A DNA stretch of 64,000 nt from a virus. A program made the translations under genes and the position numbers. Position 1 is the stretch's first letter, and each line of letters opens with the position of its first letter. The stretch lies in the UHGV virus genome UHGV-1351982, one strand, 5' to 3'. The notes beneath the pieces were generated by a model that was not told the origin of the DNA, searched no databases, and saw only the letters and a program-made list of their open reading frames with translations. This document shows, in pieces, positions 16,079 through 26,626 of the stretch.

Positions 16079-16132
16079 TATTTGCTTCCTTATATGAAGT
16101 TTGAGATTTGAATTTGTTTTAAAAACGGTCTA

Positions 16133-16315
16133 TTACAGACCGATTGCCAGCATAGTGCGCAGAACAGTATCAGAACTGTTATCAATATTCGGATTGGCGC
16201 GATTCAGCACGTTAAAGATTTTCTGGATGCCGGACTGACGCTCAGCCATACGACGCAGACCCAGGTTACGTTTTGCTACTTTACCATTTTTACGGACGTT
16301 TTTAGATACTGGCAT
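16133..16315 (-). CDS. small basic protein (60 aa)
   Basis: AAAGGAAAA RBS; K/R-rich. Confidence 0.5.
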   Translation of the reverse strand: MPVSKNVRKNGKVAKRNLGLRRMAERQSGIQKIFNVLNRANPNIDNSSDTVLRTMLAIGL

Positions 16316-16385
16316 AATTGTTTTCCTTTTGTTGTTCTCTCAAATTTATGAATATATTATACAGAATTTTGGAGCTGAAAGCAAA

Positions 16386-17087
16386 TCAAATTTTGATTTT
16401 TTCGATCATGATGGCTACACAATAACTTTCAACTAAAGCATCGAATGCGGGATCATGTTTCACTGGATAGATTCCATAACGAATGGTATCCATCTTTTCC
16501 ATTTTAGCTTTTGCCCAGCTAGCGCCTTCGGCTTCTAGATCTTTATAATTATAACCAGCTTGCATCCACTGATTACGGAAAGATCGAACGTTACCTAAGT
16601 TCCAGAATTTCCACGGAACTATTTCTTCATTGGTTCCGGCATGGAATGTATTTGCAGAGTAGATAGTCATATCAAACTCTGGGCCATTGCCGTAATACAG
16701 AGCATTATCTCCTAGAGACAATTCCATAATGTTCTGAGCCATAGAGAAGGCAGCGTAATTAGAACCTACATCATTAGTACAGTGATGCTTACCATCACGG
16801 AAGGCAATCAGTTTTGGATTGCGACCATTCAGAGCCTCCATAATATGGAGCGCAGATGGACTGTTTTTAGCTTGATCCATCCAGAAAGCTAGGGTAGACG
16901 CTGTAACTTTAGCGCCTGCATTAAGCTGATCTTGAACGTCTAGAGTAACGAATACCAGATCAGGATCTTTGTCAATTCCGTGCATCGCTACAAAAGCGAA
17001 AGAAGGCATTGCGATATGAGTAGTACCGCAATTTCCTGGAGTACCTAGAGATTCAATGTCCAGCATACCAAAGGGCTTGAATTTCAT
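16386..17087 (-). CDS. putative DEDD-type 3'-5' exonuclease
   Basis: 233 aa; LDIESLG (Exo I D-x-E) near the N-terminus and H-x4-D (HDPAFDAL) near the C-terminus. Confidence 0.45.
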   Translation of the reverse strand: MKFKPFGMLDIESLGTPGNCGTTHIAMPSFAFVAMHGIDKDPDLVFVTLDVQDQLNAGAKVTASTLAFWMDQAKNSPSALHIMEALNGRNPKLIAFRDGKHHCTNDVGSNYAAFSMAQNIMELSLGDNALYYGNGPEFDMTIYSANTFHAGTNEEIVPWKFWNLGNVRSFRNQWMQAGYNYKDLEAEGASWAKAKMEKMDTIRYGIYPVKHDPAFDALVESYCVAIMIEKIKI

Positions 17088-17117
17088 AATTATGTCCTTT
17101 ATTGTTGTAGAAAACTA

Positions 17118-17330
17118 TTAAAGAGCTGTCTCTTTAATAGACTCCCACTGTTTGGGGTCTTTCAGAGGAAGTTCCTCTTCTTCAAACAGGTCTGTTCCAT
17201 TTTCATTAACATCCCAGTTTTCTTCCATGATCTCTTCTAGAAGCTCATGTTTAGAAAGACGAGTGTAGTCTCTAGCAGATTTATGAGTGCTAGCACGGTT
17301 AAAATCATTCTTTGCAACGAAGTTACGCAT
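17118..17330 (-). CDS. hypothetical protein (70 aa)
   Basis: ORF with GGAGA RBS. Confidence 0.45.
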   Translation of the reverse strand: MRNFVAKNDFNRASTHKSARDYTRLSKHELLEEIMEENWDVNENGTDLFEEEELPLKDPKQWESIKETAL

Positions 17331-17371
17331 AGTTTCTCCAAATAAGAGGGGCTTTCGCCCCCTGATTTAAA

Positions 17372-17587
17372 TTACTTGCCCAGCAGTTTAAGGATATTTT
17401 CCTTAATAGTTTGAGCAGATTTTTCACTCTTATTGGTTTCAGCCAGTTTCAGAGCGAGTTCTTCCTGCTGTTTCTGAATATCAGCAGCAGTTTTCTGATC
17501 AGCTTCAATACGAGCTTGAAGTTCGTCAGTAATAGTGGTAAAGGAAGCAACGATTTCAGTAACGGAACGTGGTTTCTTAGAGAACAT
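17372..17587 (-). CDS. hypothetical protein (about 71 aa)
   Basis: Internal ATG with AAGGAT RBS chosen over the longer ORF-track start. Confidence 0.45.
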   Translation of the reverse strand: MFSKKPRSVTEIVASFTTITDELQARIEADQKTAADIQKQQEELALKLAETNKSEKSAQTIKENILKLLGK

Positions 17588-17647
17588 AAAATATCCTTGA
17601 TTAGTCAGAGAAAGAGTTAGTATATGAGGCTTTCGCCTCATCAATCA

Positions 17648-18163
17648 TTACTTCGCTTTACGCTTACGAGCAGGTTTAGCGGATTTACGATCAGAAGCAC
17701 CGGTAAACTTAATACCGATACCATAGCACAGAGCGCGAACGTTGTCACGGCTGTACTCTACACCGAAGATATTCGGTTTAACGGAGCCAAACTGTCCACG
17801 GGATTCACGCATTACGTCAGCCATTGGCTTACGCTTCTGATTGACTGCTTTTTCGTAGTCTTTCAGAGCCATACCGTTGCGGGCAAACATCTCAGCACCG
17901 CCGTTAAAGCTCAGAGTTACCGGTACAGACTTATGACCTTCACCCTTGATGAACACAACCTGCTTAGCAGTTGCGCGAGTGGAGTTCTTAGCCTTCGGCT
18001 TCTGACGAATTGGAGCCGGACGACCAAGAGCTTGTGCAGCCTGAACATCTTCAGGATGCTTACGCAGATGACGTTCCAGACGAGCCTTACGATTGGCTTC
18101 GGTCTGAGCGAAAGTTTTAACTGCCGGAGCTGCCTGAGTTTTTGCGTTTTTCTGCTTAGCCAT
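17648..18163 (-). CDS. hypothetical basic protein (171 aa), possibly nucleic-acid binding
   Basis: AAAGGAAAA RBS; K/R-rich termini; host-optimal codons. Confidence 0.55.
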   Translation of the reverse strand: MAKQKNAKTQAAPAVKTFAQTEANRKARLERHLRKHPEDVQAAQALGRPAPIRQKPKAKNSTRATAKQVVFIKGEGHKSVPVTLSFNGGAEMFARNGMALKDYEKAVNQKRKPMADVMRESRGQFGSVKPNIFGVEYSRDNVRALCYGIGIKFTGASDRKSAKPARKRKAK

Positions 18164-18201
18164 TATTTGTTTTCCTTTTTGTTAATCAATTTATGAGATA
18201 T

Positions 18202-18230
18202 ATTATACGAAATTTTGAAGCGTTTAGCAA
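18202..18230 (-). promoter_or_regulatory. sigma70-like early promoter
   Basis: Minus strand: ttgcta, 17 nt, tataat. Confidence 0.5.
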
Positions 18231-18246
18231 ATGAATTTTTTAAAAA

Positions 18247-18525
18247 TTATCTGCCGATCATCTTAGCTTGTTCCTCACTGGAAACGTATTGATAACCACC
18301 CTTATTATATGCAGGAGCAGTACATAGTTTCTTGCGCTCAATTTCTTCTTGAGCTTTGCGTTCCCTTTCGGCTAATTCTTCATCTAGGTAAACTAGACGT
18401 TGCTCCGGAGGTGGTGGAAGCCTAGTTTCTGGCTCACCAATATTTGCCTTTCTGATCTGACGCGGAGATTGTGCGCGTTTTCTCAAAGGTTTAAATCCTA
18501 ATGAATTTGAGTTGTAAATTCGCAT
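18247..18525 (-). CDS. hypothetical protein (92 aa)
   Basis: GAGGAGG RBS. Confidence 0.5.
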   Translation of the reverse strand: MRIYNSNSLGFKPLRKRAQSPRQIRKANIGEPETRLPPPPEQRLVYLDEELAERERKAQEEIERKKLCTAPAYNKGGYQYVSSEEQAKMIGR

Positions 18526-18601
18526 AAAGCCCTCCTCACTTTCAATACGAATATTATACTAAATTCGAGGGCTTTAAGCAAGTGAATTTTTAAATTATTT
18601 A

Positions 18602-19078
18602 TTACATCTCAGCAAGTTCTTGCTCAGTAATTATAGTATTGCATAGAGCATCAACTTCTTCATTACCACGAATACCTGAGTGACCTTTAACCTTAACAAA
18701 GGTTGGATTGGTATCATGGAAATTAATATACTGTTGAGTTAGTTTAAATGCTTCTTGCCAGAGTTCTAGATTAAGAGGAGTTTCACCATCTCCCTTCTTC
18801 CAGCCTTTCTTCTGCCAAGACCACATCCAGCTTTCCATACCATTTTTACAGTAAGCAGAATCAGTATAGATAATTACTGGACGATTATCTTTCTTAGTAG
18901 ACCAACGAAGAACTTCTACAATTGCAGTGAGTTCCATTTCGTTGTTAGTAGTTTTAGGGCTAAAGCCGGATTTAGATCCTATACGATCATCATTATCATT
19001 ATAGACAACGAATCCCCATGCACCTAACCCAGGATTGCCTTTACATGCACCATCTGTATATATGTGGAAAACCGACAT
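18602..19078 (-). CDS. rnhA: ribonuclease H (RNase HI-like)
   Basis: MSVFHIYTDGACKGNPG start plus downstream E and D/H catalytic residues; TAATG overlap with upstream gene. Confidence 0.65.
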   Translation of the reverse strand: MSVFHIYTDGACKGNPGLGAWGFVVYNDNDDRIGSKSGFSPKTTNNEMELTAIVEVLRWSTKKDNRPVIIYTDSAYCKNGMESWMWSWQKKGWKKGDGETPLNLELWQEAFKLTQQYINFHDTNPTFVKVKGHSGIRGNEEVDALCNTIITEQELAEM

Positions 19079-19347
19079 TATTTGCTCCAATCAATTTCAA
19101 GCCAAAAACCTTCACGCTGTTCATACTTAGCTTCCACAACATAACCTAGTTTGCTAAGTTTTTGCATAACGCTATTTCTAGCGTTTTCTGAGTATTCAGT
19201 CAGTCCCTGGATGTGGCAATTAAATTCTTTATCTTTGATGGCTTTGTCAATCTCTACGGCAATAAGTGACTCTAAGTCAATTACTTCCTTTTTAATACTA
19301 GCAATAGTATTTTGTTTTGCTTCTAAAGCAGATAAAAGAATAGACAT
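19078..19347 (-). CDS. hypothetical protein (89 aa)
   Basis: ORF. Confidence 0.5.
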   Translation of the reverse strand: MSILLSALEAKQNTIASIKKEVIDLESLIAVEIDKAIKDKEFNCHIQGLTEYSENARNSVMQKLSKLGYVVEAKYEQREGFWLEIDWSK

Positions 19348-19349
19348 AT

Positions 19350-19928
19350 TTATTCTCCAATTACTAAAACATCATGTTGGGAAGATACACCACACATATA
19401 ATCTGCACAATGCGTAAAAGCCAGATCAATGATTTCAAATATATCATCTACATCTAAATCTGTGGCTCGACAATCCGCAATAGCTAAACCTGTACGAATA
19501 CTGGAAAGTACATCTTCTCCTCCACAGCCTACACCGGCATATTCAACTTCTAGAATAGAAGCATTAGATTGGAAAATAAAGATTCTTCCTTTGTAGATCA
19601 TAATAAATTGTCCCAGATTAGGTTCAGCATATTTTTCATTTTTCTTTTCGCCAAAGTCTTTCTGGTTAAACATATCACGTAATTTAGGTACTATTTCCGT
19701 ATATAAATATTTATCATCGGAAATATCTGCTAAACGTGGTGGTACAGTAAAGCTATGCTCTAGTAATTGTCCCATGTAGAAGGAACTAGTGTATCCGAAG
19801 TACAAATCATCAGAGATTTTGAATACTTTCGGATTTTTAACCAGCAGTTTCGTATAGCCATTAGAACCCATACGATCACCAGCTAAGTATACTTTATCTT
19901 TATATTTAAATGCTACTATGGCTGTCAT
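19350..19928 (-). CDS. HslV/proteasome-like Ntn-hydrolase peptidase
   Basis: N-terminus MTAIVAFKYKDKVYLAGD resembles HslV (Thr right after Met, AGD); C-terminal GVGCGG resembles the HslV GSGG motif. Confidence 0.45.
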   Translation of the reverse strand: MTAIVAFKYKDKVYLAGDRMGSNGYTKLLVKNPKVFKISDDLYFGYTSSFYMGQLLEHSFTVPPRLADISDDKYLYTEIVPKLRDMFNQKDFGEKKNEKYAEPNLGQFIMIYKGRIFIFQSNASILEVEYAGVGCGGEDVLSSIRTGLAIADCRATDLDVDDIFEIIDLAFTHCADYMCGVSSQHDVLVIGE

Positions 19929-20026
19929 TATTAAATCCTTCTGTCAAATTAGAAGTATATTATATTTTAATTTCACTCAGTAAGCAAATGAAATTTAAAT
20001 ATAATAGCCCCGAAGGGCTATTTGAA

Positions 20027-20881
20027 TTAGACTGTGAATGGGTATGCAATAGCAGGATGGTGCTCATAGCCACGAACAGTAAAATCATCCTTATTTACCC
20101 ACGTTAATACATCATCCAAAGTTTGGATATTTGGATTGATTTCTAAAGTAGGAGATGCAAAAGGTTCACGATCGAATTGCTTGTGTTCCATCAGAACATT
20201 ATACTGATCTTCATAGATATGAAGATTGATAATCTTTTGACGAGCAATACCTGGCTTAAGACCTGTAATCTGTGCCATAATAGCTAGAAGTGCATAGCAT
20301 TGCACCATATTAAATACTTGGCCCAGCAAGAAATCATTAGACCTCTGGAAAGAGTTTAGGTATAGTGTATCACCTAAAATAGAGAATTGATGGGTATGCA
20401 TACACGGACGTAGGCATCCTTTACGAAATTCCCCAGGGTTCCAAAAAGTTAAAATTTCTCCACGATCGTCAATCCCTCTTTTCAAATTATGATAGACTTT
20501 GGCTAACTGATCAAATACCATACCATCAGAATTAGTCCAATGACGTCCTTGAACACCATAGACTCGTCCCATATCATCCTCGCCTTTACGGAATGGATTA
20601 CCTAGCCAGGCAATATTTTCATTTGCATTAGCATTCCATGTATTAACACCAATAGCGCGGAATTGTGCTGCTGAGTCGTACCCACGGAGATATCCGATCA
20701 TTTCCATTATTGCTTGTTTAGCAAATGCTTTACGAGTAGTTACTAGCGGCAGTTCTCCTGCTCCTACGTTAAAGGTAAAGTCTGCATCAATAATGGTTAG
20801 GCAACGAACCCCTGTTCTAGGATTCGTTACCCATACACCCTCTTCAAGAATACGTTTTCCAGTTTCAATATATTGCTTCAT
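20027..20881 (-). CDS. thyA: thymidylate synthase family (ThyA-like)
   Basis: 284 aa; RPCMHTHQF active-site Cys region and other ThyA-like blocks; lies beside DHFR. Confidence 0.6.
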   Translation of the reverse strand: MKQYIETGKRILEEGVWVTNPRTGVRCLTIIDADFTFNVGAGELPLVTTRKAFAKQAIMEMIGYLRGYDSAAQFRAIGVNTWNANANENIAWLGNPFRKGEDDMGRVYGVQGRHWTNSDGMVFDQLAKVYHNLKRGIDDRGEILTFWNPGEFRKGCLRPCMHTHQFSILGDTLYLNSFQRSNDFLLGQVFNMVQCYALLAIMAQITGLKPGIARQKIINLHIYEDQYNVLMEHKQFDREPFASPTLEINPNIQTLDDVLTWVNKDDFTVRGYEHHPAIAYPFTV

Positions 20882-21408
20882 TTAAATATCACCAATTCTT
20901 GTAAGAATGAAAGTGTTTTATCTACATTCTGTCCTGCTACATAATCCATTCTAGTTGCCATTGAATTAGTTAAAGTAATATGATGATGCAGATGTACATC
21001 AGCAGATAATGGTGTGACTGAAGTAATAGTAGAGATATACGCCATATCTAGATGATTTTTGACATACATTTCAAGAAGCAGAGTTGCTCCTCCTAATACT
21101 ACAGTTACTTCTTCCTTGAGGAAATCAGGCAGACTGTATCCAATATTACTTATGCGTGTGGCTGATCCTACAGAGTTAGGTAGTGGTCTATTTGCATAAA
21201 TAAATAGGTCAGAATCTCCTAGTATTCTTTTTTGCAGAGTCTCAGGGAATGCTAACCAAGTTCCTGCTCCTACAATAATATTGTCAGGTGCTAGAGAATC
21301 CAAAGTAGCATAGAAGATATCTAGTTCTTCTTTGAAAGAACCCCAAGGGAGTTTACCATTGAGGCCGAACTCCCCATTCGGCCCAGTTGCATAGATTGCT
21401 GCTATCAT
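20878..21408 (-). CDS. dihydrofolate reductase
   Basis: 176 aa; N-terminus [22 protein letters not shown]; overlaps thyA and nrdB ends. Confidence 0.6.
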   Translation of the reverse strand: MIAAIYATGPNGEFGLNGKLPWGSFKEELDIFYATLDSLAPDNIIVGAGTWLAFPETLQKRILGDSDLFIYANRPLPNSVGSATRISNIGYSLPDFLKEEVTVVLGGATLLLEMYVKNHLDMAYISTITSVTPLSADVHLHHHITLTNSMATRMDYVAGQNVDKTLSFLQELVIFK

Positions 21409-22553
21409 TAGAACATACCCTCAAATTCGTTGCCAAGATCTTTCAGAGTATCAGCAGAGGTTTCAGTTACCTGACCTACACGATATGCTGCACCAATCTG
21501 AATCTCTTGCGGAGCAGGTTGTAAAGATGTAGTATCCAACCAGTTCATAATCCACGGAATAGGGTTCTTAGTAATTACAGGTAAGTGGCTTGGCCATTCT
21601 ACACCAATGTGCATAAATGCGTTACGTCCTACAAAGTAAAGATATTCTTCAAGCAGTTCTGCGTTCAAACCAATCAGACTACGGCCTTTAAAGATAAAGT
21701 GACCCCATTCAATCTCAGTTTTCAGAGTTTTTAGGAGTTGTGCTGGTGCTTTAGCTAATGCTTCATCTACCAGATCTTTATCAAACTGCTGAAACATAAT
21801 CTGGATGATAGCTTTAGACATTTGAGTGTGCAGAGCTTCATCTTTAGCAATTAGTTGCAGGTTCTTGGCAATACCTTGCAGAATATCGTTCTCTGCTAGA
21901 GCAAAGGTACATGCAAAAGATGCGTAGAACTGCATTGCTTCCAGACCGTAGATTGCAAAGTAAGCATCTAACAGCTTAGCCTGAGTTTCACGTTTAACTT
22001 CAGGGAACTCAGTTTCTGGATAAGTATTATCACCCTGATGATCACGTACTGCAAGGAAATACTGACCTAACAGATACAATTCATCAAACAGTTCAACAGA
22101 ATCTGCGATACGTGCAAATGCTTCTTGGTTTTTAGTTACAGAATCAATAAATTCTGCTGGGTCAGTCAGAACGTTACGAATAATGTTACTATACGCACGG
22201 CTATGTAGATCTTCGAAGTAGCTCCACTGCTTGAGCATACCTTCCAATTCAGGACGGCTTACAAGTGGCATAATAGCTGCCTCAGGAGCACGACTAATGA
22301 AAGAATCTGTTTGAACCTGCCAAGCTAAGTTCAGCAGAGTGATTTCTTGTATTTCTCTTGGAAGATTAGGCCATTGCTTTTTGTCACTTTCTAGACTGAT
22401 TTCAGTTTCAGTCCAAAACTGGCTCCTCTGTAATAGTGCGAGTCGTTCTAGCTCTGGATGAGCAACACGAACATAGTCTGCTACTCCCAGGGTATCTCCG
22501 AGAAATAGCTCTTCAGAATCAGGATTCCAGTTCAGATTTAGTAAGGTTGTCAT
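21408..22553 (-). CDS. nrdB: ribonucleotide reductase class I small subunit
   Basis: 381 aa ferritin-like protein immediately downstream of NrdA. Confidence 0.65.
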   Translation of the reverse strand: MTTLLNLNWNPDSEELFLGDTLGVADYVRVAHPELERLALLQRSQFWTETEISLESDKKQWPNLPREIQEITLLNLAWQVQTDSFISRAPEAAIMPLVSRPELEGMLKQWSYFEDLHSRAYSNIIRNVLTDPAEFIDSVTKNQEAFARIADSVELFDELYLLGQYFLAVRDHQGDNTYPETEFPEVKRETQAKLLDAYFAIYGLEAMQFYASFACTFALAENDILQGIAKNLQLIAKDEALHTQMSKAIIQIMFQQFDKDLVDEALAKAPAQLLKTLKTEIEWGHFIFKGRSLIGLNAELLEEYLYFVGRNAFMHIGVEWPSHLPVITKNPIPWIMNWLDTTSLQPAPQEIQIGAAYRVGQVTETSADTLKDLGNEFEGMF

Positions 22554-22556
22554 TAA

Positions 22557-23078
22557 TTATTCTCCATTATTAGCGTATTCGCCATGAAATTCTTTAAGTT
22601 TAATATCTCTATGTTCTAGAGCTTTTTCTAGAGGCATTGCGGAAGATCTGTAAACAGTACCGTTGTGTGTTATCCTAACCCTCCAGTTTCCTGAACTAAG
22701 AGGCTCTAGGTTTTTATGTCCATGGGTATTGTTTTTACCGGCTCCCCTATTTTGGGCATTACCAGCATCGGTTGATTCTCGTAGATTTAAAGGATGGTTA
22801 TTAAGTTTATTTGTATCTTTATGGTCTACTGTCTTAGTTGGGTAATATCCATAATAGAGACAGAAGATTACTACATGATTTCTTAATTCCCATCTATAAC
22901 CTTCCACGTTAAGTCGGAAGCATAGGTAGCCATTTCCATTGACGGCTCCTACAGGTTTTCCAGCAAATCTAGTATTAAATCCACCTTTATTAGTCTCTCT
23001 TGGCTTCCAATAGAGAGTATCTTCTCTGAGTTCTAGGTATTTCTCTAGAAATTCTTTTGTTAGTTGAGGTTTCACAGT
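22557..23078 (-). CDS. HNH homing endonuclease inserted between nrdA and nrdB
   Basis: GTG start after AAGGAG RBS and own promoter; HNH-like His/Asn core (DHKDTNKLNNHPLNL). Confidence 0.55.
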   Translation of the reverse strand, partial: TVKPQLTKEFLEKYLELREDTLYWKPRETNKGGFNTRFAGKPVGAVNGNGYLCFRLNVEGYRWELRNHVVIFCLYYGYYPTKTVDHKDTNKLNNHPLNLRESTDAGNAQNRGAGKNNTHGHKNLEPLSSGNWRVRITHNGTVYRSSAMPLEKALEHRDIKLKEFHGEYANNGE

Positions 23079-23099
23079 ATATCTCCTTAATATAGAGAT

Positions 23100-23128
23100 A
23101 TTATAGCAAATCTGGTAGCGATTAGCAA
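23100..23128 (-). promoter_or_regulatory. sigma70-like promoter for the HNH endonuclease
   Basis: Minus strand: ttgcta, 17 nt, tataat. Confidence 0.45.
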
Positions 23129-23140
23129 GTAAAATTTCAA

Positions 23141-23170
23141 AGAAAAAAGGAGACCCGAAGATCTCCTTGT
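23141..23170 (-). terminator. rho-independent terminator after nrdA
   Basis: Hairpin aggagatc-ttcg-ggtctcct with U-run on the minus transcript. Confidence 0.5.
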
Positions 23171-23175
23171 TTTTA

Positions 23176-25506
23176 TTATAGGTTACAACCACCTGATGCA
23201 CAACCTGCTGCTTCTTCACCAGCTCCACCACCATTTTCAGTGTTGAAGTTAGCGTAGTACCAAGTTTTCCAACCGTACTTAACAGCAGTCATAAAGTCAC
23301 GAACTACTACTGGGCCGGGAATGATTTCATTCTCGAACTTGGTGTAGTCATAGTACATATTCGTACTGATAGACTGGCTGAAGAATTTCTGCATGGTTGC
23401 TACCCATTTGATCCACTCGATACGATCTACATCATAAGCCAGTTTATAGCTCATTAATGTATCCCAATCAGTTGCACCTGGAGCAATTGCAATTACTTTA
23501 TTCACTGCACTACCCTTGATAGATACGATCTTACGGGGCGGTTCGATAGAGTTAGTAACACCTAGCAGTACAGAGGAACTTTCACCTGGCATCTGAGCAG
23601 TCAGAACGGAGTTACGCATACCATATTTCAGGATATCTGCACGCAGAGATTCCCAATCCATTTCTAGACCTACAGTTACCAGTTCATCAACAGTTTTCTT
23701 GTACGTGTCGATTACCAGAATTCCTTGCGACGGCTTAGTACGATTAAACCAGTCACATGCACCTTGTTCTTTAGCCAGACGTACAGAGGCTTTATGCAGG
23801 AAGTAGGACAGCTTTTCAGCTTCACGGTGAATCCAGTTACGAGCTTCAACACCTTCGTAAGCCAAACCTTCTGCTGCCATTGCGCCTGCTGCGTTCATCA
23901 GACCAATACCAACGTTACGACGTTTCTTAGCCGTGTACTCCATAGTTGGGAATGGGTAATCCTGAATCTCGATGATTGTATCAACGAATTTCAGAAGAAT
24001 GTAGCAAGTTTTCTCCCATTCAGCCAGAGATTCCATACGACCTAGTACAACACCACCTAAGTTACACAGAGATACTTCACCAATATCTTCGGGACGCATA
24101 TCGTCTAACTGATCTTGGGTCTTATACAGCTCCGTAATGTGATGGAATGGACGGGTTGGCTGAGTAATTTCAACACAAAGGTTGGTCATACGAATCGGGT
24201 CAAGGAAGTTACCATGACGGTTAGATTCACCAATGTGATGAGCATACATACGCCCTGTTTCCATACGGATACGTAACCAAGTATCTAGGATTTCTTTTGC
24301 AGAGATTCTAGGAGCTGCTGGAATTGTTTTTCCTTCGTGGTCGATCTTTGTAAGAGAAGCCACACGTTTCTCCGCTGCCACGTAGATTTCTTCAAACTTA
24401 GCCTCATCTTCGCCATAAAACGCTTCATGAACTTCTGGTGCGTAGAAGTAGGACATTAGCGTAATATCTTCGTTTTTCAGGTAACGTTTTAATAGAAGGT
24501 TGTTAAAGCTCAGAGAGTAATCCATCTTATCGATTTTATTCTCGTCTGTAGCACGTTGCTGCTTAACCTGCATCAACTGAATGATTTCAGGATCGAAGTA
24601 TGGATAAGACACAGTAGCAGAACCGCCACGGGTTTGCTGAGTGTTAGCTTTTACTGATCGGTCAATGTGTCGATAATATGGCAGTTTTCCGGAATGCGGG
24701 AATGCCCCATTTCGCACCGGATCAGCAATTGATCGGCTTTCAAGATGATACCCGATTCCCGCTCTGGCTGCGACCATTTTGAAGACGATGTGCTCGGCTG
24801 TGTCGATTGAATCCAGCGTGTCAGTGGAATCCACGAGACAGCAACTAGCAAATCCACGGTCACTAGAGCGCAGGCCAACCAGTGGCGGCGTAGGAACGTT
24901 GATTTTGTGGAGCGACATTGCATTGTAGAGGTCGATTGCATCTAGGATTGTCCAGTTAGGTTGAGATAACATCGCCATTGCCATACCCATGTAGGCAAAC
25001 TGCGGGGTTTCATAAATTTCACCAGTTGCAATATTACGACGAGAATACTTGTCGAAGAACTGTTTCAGTCCACCACTGGTGAATAAACGATCGCGATCAT
25101 GATCAATAACTTGGTTCAGAGCGTCAAACTGATCATCGCTAATCCATGCACTCATGTCTTCCCAAGCGCCAACACGAATCATATGATCGTGGAAGAAACG
25201 CAGAGAAGGTGGTTCGAAGGAATCATATAGGCGTTTACGCATCTGCGCAAGACGTAATTCCTTTGCTACAGTATCATATGCTGGGTTGTCTTTGATAAGA
25301 CCTTCAGCGGCTTTAATTAACACATCTTGGAGTGTATCGGAGTCTACAACACCTTTGGGTAGATTTTTCAGGGCAGCCATAACTACGGCAGACCAACTTA
25401 CGTCAGTATCTTTACATGCCCATGCAGCCCAATCATTGAGTTTTTCAGGAGCAAAGTCCTGAACAGTACCGTCACGTTTAATTACTTTTTCGATGCGATG
25501 GCTCAT
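23176..25506 (-). CDS. nrdA: ribonucleotide reductase class I large subunit
   Basis: About 777 aa; NLCVEI active-site segment; start MSHRIEKVIKRDG after AAAGGAAAG RBS. Confidence 0.7.
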   Translation of the reverse strand: MSHRIEKVIKRDGTVQDFAPEKLNDWAAWACKDTDVSWSAVVMAALKNLPKGVVDSDTLQDVLIKAAEGLIKDNPAYDTVAKELRLAQMRKRLYDSFEPPSLRFFHDHMIRVGAWEDMSAWISDDQFDALNQVIDHDRDRLFTSGGLKQFFDKYSRRNIATGEIYETPQFAYMGMAMAMLSQPNWTILDAIDLYNAMSLHKINVPTPPLVGLRSSDRGFASCCLVDSTDTLDSIDTAEHIVFKMVAARAGIGYHLESRSIADPVRNGAFPHSGKLPYYRHIDRSVKANTQQTRGGSATVSYPYFDPEIIQLMQVKQQRATDENKIDKMDYSLSFNNLLLKRYLKNEDITLMSYFYAPEVHEAFYGEDEAKFEEIYVAAEKRVASLTKIDHEGKTIPAAPRISAKEILDTWLRIRMETGRMYAHHIGESNRHGNFLDPIRMTNLCVEITQPTRPFHHITELYKTQDQLDDMRPEDIGEVSLCNLGGVVLGRMESLAEWEKTCYILLKFVDTIIEIQDYPFPTMEYTAKKRRNVGIGLMNAAGAMAAEGLAYEGVEARNWIHREAEKLSYFLHKASVRLAKEQGACDWFNRTKPSQGILVIDTYKKTVDELVTVGLEMDWESLRADILKYGMRNSVLTAQMPGESSSVLLGVTNSIEPPRKIVSIKGSAVNKVIAIAPGATDWDTLMSYKLAYDVDRIEWIKWVATMQKFFSQSISTNMYYDYTKFENEIIPGPVVVRDFMTAVKYGWKTWYYANFNTENGGGAGEEAAGCASGGCNL

Positions 25507-25629
25507 TTGGCTTTCCTTTTTGTAGTTATCAGGATTTAGGAAATATTCTACTTTGTTTTGGGTCATTTTGCAAGTACAATTTTACAGATAAAAAGAGCCC
25601 GGATATTTTCATACCCAGGCTCGTCTGTC

Positions 25630-25872
25630 TTACCATTTAAGTTTATCGGCTTGATCAAGTAACTGCTGTCGTATTTCTCGGTTAAAGAGAATATCTACAG
25701 AAGTACTTAGTTCATTATAGTTGAAAGGCCGATTTGGATTAGAGGCTACAATTTTCCACGCTAGGGTAGTCTTAGGACTTTCTTCCCCTTCCTTACGTGT
25801 AATCATATTAGCAGCACTCAATGAAGTACGGTGGATCTTAGTTTTGCGGTGCAGATGTACGACGTTTCCCAT
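25630..25872 (-). CDS. hypothetical protein (80 aa)
   Basis: ORF. Confidence 0.45.
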   Translation of the reverse strand: MGNVVHLHRKTKIHRTSLSAANMITRKEGEESPKTTLAWKIVASNPNRPFNYNELSTSVDILFNREIRQQLLDQADKLKW

Positions 25873-25873
25873 A

Positions 25874-26626
25874 TTACACCTTCCCCATATCCTTAAAGAT
25901 ATCGTAGAATGCTTTAGACTCTGGTGAGCGAACGTTGTCGATCAGTTCGATCATAGAGAAAGGAGAGTTTTCGTACTTCTCATAGACTTCCATAAGAAGT
26001 GCTAGACCTGAATCACCCTTGATGTCTTTCTGAGCTATATCCCCACAGATAATTAAACGACAATCTTGTCCTACACGAGTCAAGAGACAGATCATTGCTT
26101 CAACGGAGATATTCTGAGCTTCATCGACAATAACATAGGAGTTGTTGAAAGTTCGGCCACGGGCATGTTCGATGGCCAGGAATTTGATTTTCTGACGTTC
26201 GACATATCCTTTGTAGGCGTGATCACCGATTGCCCATTTCATGCCATCGGCTATTGGTTCCAACCAAGGCTCTAGCTTTTCTGCTAGATCACCTGGGAGC
26301 ATACCAAGAGATTTACCTAGAGGTTCGTTCGGACGCACGAGGATCACTTGCTCAATATCTGAGTGAATGTCTACGAGTTCCTGAGCTGCAAGAACGGACG
26401 GGATAAAGGTTTTACCAGTACCTGGTTCACCGATACCCACAGTCACTGTGTTGTTCTTGATCATATTGATATATGATTTTTGCTCACGGTTTTTACCAAC
26501 TAGGGATTTAGCAACTGGATTGGCGTAATCACCAGAGAAATCTGCTTGAATTACGTTACTCTCGTACTTGTTGCCACGCTTTCTTGAACCATTGCGGTTC
26601 TCTCTTTTTTGACGTGCTTTTCCCAT
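25874..26626 (-). CDS. phoH: PhoH-like ATPase
   Basis: Walker A GEPGTGKT; start MGKARQ after AGGAG RBS. Confidence 0.65.
   Translation of the reverse strand: MGKARQKRENRNGSRKRGNKYESNVIQADFSGDYANPVAKSLVGKNREQKSYINMIKNNTVTVGIGEPGTGKTFIPSVLAAQELVDIHSDIEQVILVRPNEPLGKSLGMLPGDLAEKLEPWLEPIADGMKWAIGDHAYKGYVERQKIKFLAIEHARGRTFNNSYVIVDEAQNISVEAMICLLTRVGQDCRLIICGDIAQKDIKGDSGLALLMEVYEKYENSPFSMIELIDNVRSPESKAFYDIFKDMGKV

Noticed and set aside
400-19990. Possible CRISPR array suggested by about 30-bp motifs recurring across the early region
   Set aside because: The recurring units are promoter elements (-35, spacer, -10, leader) at irregular spacing of 0.3-2 kb, each followed by a gene, not regularly spaced direct repeats with short spacers
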